Shown here: piece after piece, positions 56,962 to 64,000 of the stretch | Layout of the letters: every line of letters begins with the position of its first letter | How positions within the stretch are numbered: the stretch's first letter is position 1 | Assembly: GCA_964016885.1 (NCBI GenBank) | Contig: OZ024744.1 | Location: forward strand, 94,612,001 to 94,676,000 | Reading direction: 5' to 3' | DNA length: 64,000 nt | DNA from: Eledone cirrhosa | Lineage: Eukaryota | Made by a program: the position numbers and the translations under genes | The notes under the pieces: generated by a model | Seen by the model: only the letters and a program-made list of their open reading frames with translations | Database searches by the model: none | Told to the model about the DNA's origin: nothing

Positions 56962-57532
56962 AAGGGTTTAATATGTGCGATGAAAAGAAATTGTTAATAT
57001 GTATTAAGAATAATATTTAAGGGTTTAATATGTGCGATGAAAAGAAATTGTTAATATGTATTAAGAATAATATTTAAGGGTTTAATAATATGTGCGATGG
57101 AAAGAAATTGTTAATATGTATTAAGAATAATATTTAAGGGTTTAATAATATGTGCGATGGAAAGAAATTGTTAATATGTATTAAGAATAATATTTAAGGG
57201 TTTAATAATATGTGCGATGGAAAGAAATTGTTAATATGTATTAAGAATAATATTTAAGGGTTTAATAATATGTGCGATGGAAAGAAATTGTTAATATGTA
57301 TTAAGAATAATATTTAAGGGTTTAATAATATGTGCGATGGAAAGAAATTGTTAATATGTATTAAGAATAATATTTAAGGGTTTAATAATATGTGCGATGG
57401 AAAGAAATTGTTGATATGTATTAAGAATAATATTTAAGGGTTTAATAATATGTGCGATGGAAAGAAATTGTTGATATGTATTAAGAATAATATTTAAGGG
57501 TTTAATAATATGTGCGATGGAAAGAAATTGTT
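56962..57532 (+). repeat. 57-60-bp tandem repeat, ~9.5 copies, inside a PLE 3' UTR
   Basis: Unit AAGGGTTTAATAATATGTGCGATGGAAAGAAATTGTTAATATGTATTAAGAATAATATTT. Confidence 0.95.
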
Positions 57533-58303
57533 ATGTATTATTAAAACATATAAAAATATAACAATAGTAATGTAATTAAGGATATATTGTGAAAAGAAGT
57601 AGAAGAGTGGATGAATAAGTGTAATATGTATAAGTTAGATGAGCATGAAAGGGAGAAAAAAATAATGAATTGAGGATGAATAATCTAACGTCAAAAAAAT
57701 GTTTGTTTACGAAGGATTTTTTAAGGTGATATAAAGTATTTAAAAGGGTAAGGATATATTGTGGTGAGTAATAATGAGAATTGAGAAGTATCTAGGAAGA
57801 AAAGGTACAGATTAGAGGTTAGAAATTAAAAGAAAAAGAAAAGAAAAAAGGAAAAAAAGAAAGAAAGGGAAGTGATAAATAGGAGTGATATAGAATAAGT
57901 AACTAGTATTATATAATGTATAATAAATAACATTGAAATAAGGTAGAAAGATGGGTATATTTTTAAAGAAATATGTATATTATATGTGCCTTTGAGAAAA
58001 GGATTTTAAATTGGTAAAGTATTAGATATTAGCTGTATACTTTATGGAAGGTTCTGTGGAATTTATGCAAGCAGAGAGAAAACAAGTCAGTGCGTCTATT
58101 TATTATAGAATCTAAATTAGATATAATGGTAAATTTTTCACATAAACAGAGATTACATGTCTTGGATAGAGAACCATTCAAGTATGAAGAAGCAGAACAA
58201 ACCTTCTTCCAAGAGATGTTATAGTTAATATTTTTATCTTTCAAGGACCATATGATATCCGATATCTGCATTGCTTTATTGTACTACAATAAAACTCACC
58301 TCC

Positions 58304-58363
<60 letters not shown>

Positions 58364-59494
58364 GAGCAAGACATGGTCACCCGACTCAACTTACTTCAAG
58401 TGGGACAAACCTGTTTAACTCATGCTAGTGTGGAAGATAGACGTTAAACGATGATGATGATGATGTAATTATTTAATGAACATTTTCCCTGGTAGCAAGG
58501 TTTGAATTGTTCATAACAGACTGGGTTAGTACTGAAGCAGAGCTACAGACCTCTTAGATAAAGGCCTGCATCTTGTTCACATACATTTCCATGCTCTACC
58601 AAGTGTATTTTATAGTGGCACCAACACAGGAGAGGTTATGTGTTACCCACACATGCACACATATACTTACACATGCACACACAAAATCTAAGTTTGAGAA
58701 TTTGTTTGGTTGTGATTCCACTGATAATGAGTCCTTACTAGGTTGATTCTTTAGTCCTCACATCAGTTTGTTCTCTCTGGAGGGTTATATATAACACCAA
58801 CAGTAGTTTTGAGCATGAATAAACATTTATTTATTCTTCTATATAATTTAAAATGTGGAGAGAATTAATTAATGTCCTGTACCACAATAAACCACATTAG
58901 CAAGACATTCTTGAAATGTACAAAACAACACTATGATTGTATCACATTAAATATTAAAGTGTCTACTCTAATACAGCAAATTTTCACAACAATCTGTCCA
59001 CCAGTAAAGATACTATAAACATATGAATTAACAAACCACATAAAACCACATTAACAAGACATTCTTGAAAAGTACAAAACAGCACTATGACTATCATATT
59101 AAATATTAATATCTATTTAAAGCTGCAAATTTTCTTAATCTGTTTATTAGTAAAGATACTATAATGATATGATGCCCTCCCTGGTGCTGGTGTTACAATA
59201 AAATGTACTATGAATTCTGTAGAGTGTAGGAATTTATGTAAGTGAGATGTATCCCTAGCCCATCTGATAAATCAGTGCCTTTGATGAAGTAAGGATTTAG
59301 TTTGTGATGACTTGTCCAACCTTTGCTAGCAGGGAAAAGGGACATTAAAGGATGACGATGGTGGTGGTAGAGATGGTGATTTGAATTAGCAAACCTGTTT
59401 TTGAGACATTTTCTACTAAATCATTACATGATGTTAAGTATTTTTTTTAGGATTTCTTTTGATGTAGATAACCTTTTCATGTCTTTTCTTGTAG

Positions 59495-59586
59495 ATTGTA
59501 ATGTTGGTACTTGCTTGGAAGCTGGCAGCTAAAAGTATGGGATTTTTCACATCTCAAGAGTGGCTTAAAGGAATGTCAGAACTACA
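59495..59586 (+). CDS. DCUN1D4/5: Internal coding exon of a DCN1-like (DCUN1D4/DCUN1D5-type) cullin neddylation co-E3 gene
   Basis: Acceptor ...gtcttttcttgtag, donor gtaagc. Translates [30 protein letters not shown](Q), matching the PONY-domain segment of DCUN1D4/5 ([20 protein letters not shown]). Confidence 0.93.
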
Positions 59587-60039
59587 GTAAGCTAAGTTTT
59601 ATATAGTTTTTTCTTTATTTCTGCCTAAAACATTTTAAAATGTGTATTATTCATTCATTATACTGTTTAAGTGGGTGCGTGTGAAGGCACGTGGCCTAGT
59701 GGTTAGAGTGGAGTGTTGAGCTCAGGGGTTCGGCTCCTAAATATATTTAACTTTTGCTAGCTTTGCTGATGATGCTGTAAATATATATAATCATAGCTAG
59801 ATGTGAATATCATCATCGTTGTTTAACGTCTAGATTCCACGCTAGCATGGGTTAGATGGTTTTGTTCCATTTGATGTGGGAATGGTCGGGAGACCATGTC
59901 TCGCTCGTACGGAAGTGTCTCTGGCAGGTTTTTTTTATATATATATAATCATAGCTAGATGTAAATATATATGTAATTATGGTTAGATGTATATATATGT
60001 ATAATCAGAGCTAGATGTGTATGTGTGTGTGTATGTATG

Positions 60040-60062
<23 letters not shown>

Positions 60063-60071
<9 letters not shown>

Positions 60072-61195
60072 AAAGGTAAACAGAAATAACAACACAATCG
60101 GTACAGTATATGGAAGGGATATATTAGGTTATAGCAGGAAGAGGGTCTTAACTTTTCGGACCCTACTCCTTCAGCAGAAGAAAGAATGAGAAATAAAATA
60201 GATTGAGGGGATGGGCGGGTTGGAATTTGAAAAAATGTCTTTAGATAAAAATAACAGGTCCGTTCATGTTGACATCTCTTGCAAAACTGTTGCTGCTGGC
60301 GTTTTGTGTATGATTTGTTTTTTAGAAAAGTGGATGATGGCTCACGTCTACCTGAAATGGAAAAAAAAACGTTTTGTAAAAAGAGCTATACTTGAGTACG
60401 TGTGTAAGCATGAGTTTGTGTGTGTGTGTTATAGGTCCGTACGAAGCTAAGAAGAAATGTGTGTGTATATCTGAATAAAAGTGTGTGTGTGCATGTAAGT
60501 AGGAAGCTATGAGCAAAAGTATGTTAATATAAGGGTGTGTATTGACTTGTATTAGTTGTAAGAGAAGCTGCTAATGATCAAGAGAAAGCGATAGAAATCT
60601 AGGGGTGTGATAATGGACGGCGTATTAGAGAAATTGGGGAGGTGAGTTGAGTCCAAGAGAGGAATAGGACCCAAGACGGTGAATCAGACTTTGTTCAGTC
60701 CTGGTGCGCGAGGCCTGTGATCCATGATGTAAAAGGACACCCAGGACTGAAACATGAAGCGAAGAATGACCAGGAGAACAGAAATGACGGGCAACAGGGG
60801 TATCCAAACTGAATTGTATCCCTCCAATGTTTGGCAAAACGGTCCGCCATACCACGTCCCGTTTGTCCGATATATAAAGACCTGCAAAGGGAACACAGGA
60901 GGGCATAGACAACGTGGGTGGATGTGAATGTGAAGGAATGGCGGATACGGAAAGGCCCATTAGGGCCTGTAAGAGTGGTGAGGGTGGAAATAAAGGGACA
61001 AGTGTTGCAGCGGGAATGGGAACAAGGATGAGAGCCGGGTGAAGTCGTGGGAGAGGACGAGAAGCAACTGCGAACCAGGAGGTCGCGGAGGTTTCAGGCG
61101 CGCTTAAAAGCAGTAATGGGTGGGTTTGGAAAAAAGCGAGAAGTGACGGGGTCAGAAGAGAGGATACAGAAGGAACGGAGGATATGTCACCAGAA
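60063..61195 (-). mobile_element. PLE 3' fragment (Poseidon/Neptune-like GIY-YIG); the same family's terminus is at ~1790-1988 (+)
   Basis: TPVARHF..H..VLG..RTRTEQSLIHRLG..GLN motif. Terminus 60065-60195 matches the reverse complement of 1838-1988. Confidence 0.75.
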
Positions 61196-61245
61196 TATAT
61201 ATATATAATGGCTAGATGTGAATATGTATATAATTATGGCTAGAT

Positions 61246-61285
<40 letters not shown>

Positions 61286-61381
61286 CATGGCTAAATGTGT
61301 GTGTGTATATATATATAATCATGGCTAGATGTGAACATGTATAATCCAGGTTAGATGTGTGTGTATATATATATATATATA

Positions 61382-62268
61382 CAGGGTGTGGACGATATTT
61401 GTTCACAATTTTCAACTGCTAATTTTATGCAAATTTTTTTTTACTTCCGTTGTCACTCTGGTCTTCATAAAACAGTGACTATATTTCCATTATTTATTTT
61501 CAGAATAATTGATTATGAATAATTTTGAACCTCCAAATTTGTGGAAGAGACACGGAGTTCTTCTTGGAATCCGCGCCGGGAGGACAAATAAGGAAATTTC
61601 AGACTTTCTCAGCGTCAGCAGGAGAATGGTGGAAAATGTGAGAAAGGAATTGGAAGATTCAGGATTCGACTACGAAGCAACATCAGAGAGGAAAACACAT
61701 GATCGAAGATCTGACGCCTTCAGAACGCCCCAGTTTGTCGCTGAAGTTCAGGATATCATCAACAATGAACCTAGCAAGGGAGAAAGGCGTGGATGAAGAG
61801 GTCATTAGGCTGGTGGTACATGAAGACATTCGCAGCAAGACTCAGTGCCCTGCCGTACCAGCCGAAAGACCCAAGCCTGGCTGTCAGAGAACTTCGTTGA
61901 CCACACTTCACCTGACATCTGGCCTTCCAGCTCGCCTGACTGCAACCCCCTCGACTTCTTTGTGTGGGACGCAGTGGAACGAGACACCAACAGATCTAGC
62001 TGCAATACGAAAGACGATCTGAAGGCCAGGATCACAAGTGCCTCTAGGGGCCTAAGTCGGGGGACAGTGACAAAGGCCTGTAGCCGGTTCCGAAGCCGCC
62101 TTGAGGCCGTCATCAAAGCCAATGGCGGGTTTATCGAGTGAGATCGAAAGAACAAGTCATGAAGACAAACTGACCCAAGTTTGATAACTAAATCTTAAAA
62201 AATAAAACTACTGTGTTATTTTTTCCTAAACAGTAATAATCTTGCGAACAAATATCGTCCACACCCTG
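61382..62268 (+). mobile_element. Internally deleted IS630/Tc1/mariner element (maT-like)
   Basis: ~27-bp TIRs CAGGGTGTGGACGATATTTGTTC, TA flanks. N-terminal HTH remnant and WPSSSPDCNPLDFFVW..RL.AVI.ANGG motif. Confidence 0.88.
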
Positions 62269-62280
62269 TATATATATATA

Positions 62281-62500
62281 ATGGTTTCTTATATAGGCAC
62301 AAGGCCAGTAATTTGGGGGGAGGGGAAAGTCGATTAAATCGACCCCAGTGCGTGACTGGTACTTTATTTTATCGACCCCGTAAGGATGAAAGGCAAAGTT
62401 AACCTCGGCGGGATTTGAGCTCAAATCATAAAGAGCCGTAACTCTACGCTGCAAAACATGGCGTTCGACCCTCTACCGATACTACCAATCCACCGCCTTC
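62281..62500 (-). mobile_element. Second SINE family (central GCCTTTCATCCTTACGGGGTCGATAAAATAAAGTACCAG domain); other copies at ~20418-20604 (-), ~53955-54105 (+), ~55270-55560 (+, two in tandem)
   Basis: Shared central domain preceded by B-box-like GAGTTCAAATCC in all copies. Confidence 0.75.
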
Positions 62501-63641
62501 CTGTATATAAATATAATGATGACTAAATGTATATATATATATATATATAATTATGGCTAGATATGTGTAAATATATATAATTATGGCTAGATGTGAATAT
62601 ATATATATATAATCAGATAATCAGGGCTAGATGTGAGTGTTTGTGTATATAATTATGGCTAGATGTATATATATATATATATATATATAATTGGGTCTAG
62701 ATGTGTATATATATATATATAATCAGGTCTAGATGTATTTTACTGCAGCAATGATCAAGGAAGGACACTGAATTATTAATAAGCGTTTCATTGATTTGTA
62801 AAACCTATAAACCTTAGTGATAGCAGAAATGTATCATCATCATCATCATCATCATCATCAAGTCAAAATAAAAGAGATAGATAAATCAGTATCACCATCG
62901 TTTAACGTTCATATTTCCACACTAGCATGGGTTAGACGAGTTGTCCTGCTGTGAGATGATGCAGATCAGATGACCATGTCTTGCTCATACAGATCTGGTT
63001 TTTTTTGCCTGCTGTCCACAGCTGGATGCCCTTCCTAATGCCTACTTCATTCACAGTGTGGACTGGGTGCTTTTTGCTGACACCAACTCGACTACTTTAC
63101 AGTGTGGATGGAGTGCTTTTTGTCACGACACTTAAATAACCACTTTACAGTGTGTACTGGGTGCTTTTTGTCATGACACCTACATAATCACTTTACAGTT
63201 TGGACTGGATGCTTTTTGGTATGACACCTACATGACCACTTTACAATGTGTACTGGGTGTTTTTTGTCATGACACTTACATGACCACTTTACAGTGTGTA
63301 CTGGGTGTTTTTTGTCATAGCACCTACATGACACTTTACAGTGTGGACTGGGTGGTTTTTGTCATGACACCTACATGACAACTTTATAGTGTGGACTGGG
63401 TGTTTTTTGTCATGACACTTACATGACCACTTTACAGTCTGGGCAGTGTACTTTTTGTCATGACACCTACAAATGAATAAATAAAAAAGGTTCATGGTGC
63501 ATGTGTGTGTGTGGTGGTGAGGGAAGAATTGTCGACATTGAGTAAAATATCATGGTGCAATTAAAATTGGTTTGTTAATGACGGAACTTATAAGTAAACT
63601 ACTATTTTTTTTTTATTAATCTGTTTTATTTATCTTTTCAG

Positions 63642-63750
63642 ATGTGATACAACTTCAAAATTACGCAAGAAGTTAGATTTTATTCGGTTATATCTCAATG
63701 ATCAAGTACATTTTAAAAGTATTTACCGATATGCCTATGATTTTGCTAAG
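63642..63750 (+). CDS. DCUN1D4/5: Next coding exon of the DCUN1D4/5-like gene
   Basis: Acceptor ...tttatcttttcag, donor gtaaga. Phase matches the previous exon (CA|A = Gln). Translates [36 protein letters not shown], continuing the DCUN1D4/5 sequence (CD.T.KL....FK.IYRYAFDFAR). Confidence 0.93.
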
Positions 63751-64000
63751 GTAAGAGGGTTTTACATATCAAAAGTTAAGATAAAGTTGTTGGTATTTCT
63801 GAACTATTAAGTTAAAAGAACTTTATCGAAAACAAAGCGTCTTTCTATCATTTCATGTCAGTTTTTTTTGTGTTGGCATGAATTGGATGGGTCGTTATAG
63901 TCCAAGTCAGTTCTTATTCAGAGTTATCGTCCTTCTACGTGGGTTAGGGGACTACATTTTGCTCATAATTTCTCTTTTAGGCATGGTTTCTATCATTTTT

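Larger units (their letters stand above)
56497..58308 (-). mobile_element. Naiad-type PLE 3' fragment with an inverted tail piece at 58255-58308
   Basis: ORF 58029-58271: IWSLKD..ISW..CNLCLCEK..INRR..CLH. HHR at 56533-56603. 58255-58308 matches 9225-9279 in the opposite orientation to the body. Confidence 0.82.

Noticed and set aside
60146-60181. Hammerhead of the 1850 family on the minus strand
   Set aside because: Core reads CUGCUGA and stems II/III have mismatches; recorded only as a decayed copy.

Overview
AT-rich eukaryotic DNA, most likely from a coleoid cephalopod such as Octopus (inferred from the long (TA)n tracts, tRNA-derived CORE-type SINEs and RTE LINEs with (GAT)n tails). The only host-gene sequence I can support is two + strand exons of a DCN1-like gene (DCUN1D4/5; 59495-59586 and 63642-63750). 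I did not find the preceding exon, so the first ~59 kb is probably one very large intron. It is filled with transposons nested in TA microsatellites: many Penelope-like elements (PLEs, mostly Naiad-type with a YRDD RT and C-terminal GIY-YIG), one apparently intact two-ORF CR1/L2-group LINE, decayed RTE LINEs, SINEs, and Tigger, Tc1/mariner, hAT-like and piggyBac-like DNA elements. The strongest unexplained signal is at RNA level. About 18 type I hammerhead ribozyme motifs occur in at least 9 unrelated sequence families. Most families also carry a second covarying hairpin (ACTC-stem/loop-TY bulge-GAGT) that marks the one-sided tail of each insertion. One 591-bp non-coding, terminally redundant unit carries a compensatory U3-A8 hammerhead and looks like a copy of a circular retrozyme-like RNA. 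Most ORFs in the supplied track are microsatellite artefacts. All structures were paired by eye; no folding or database search was run.
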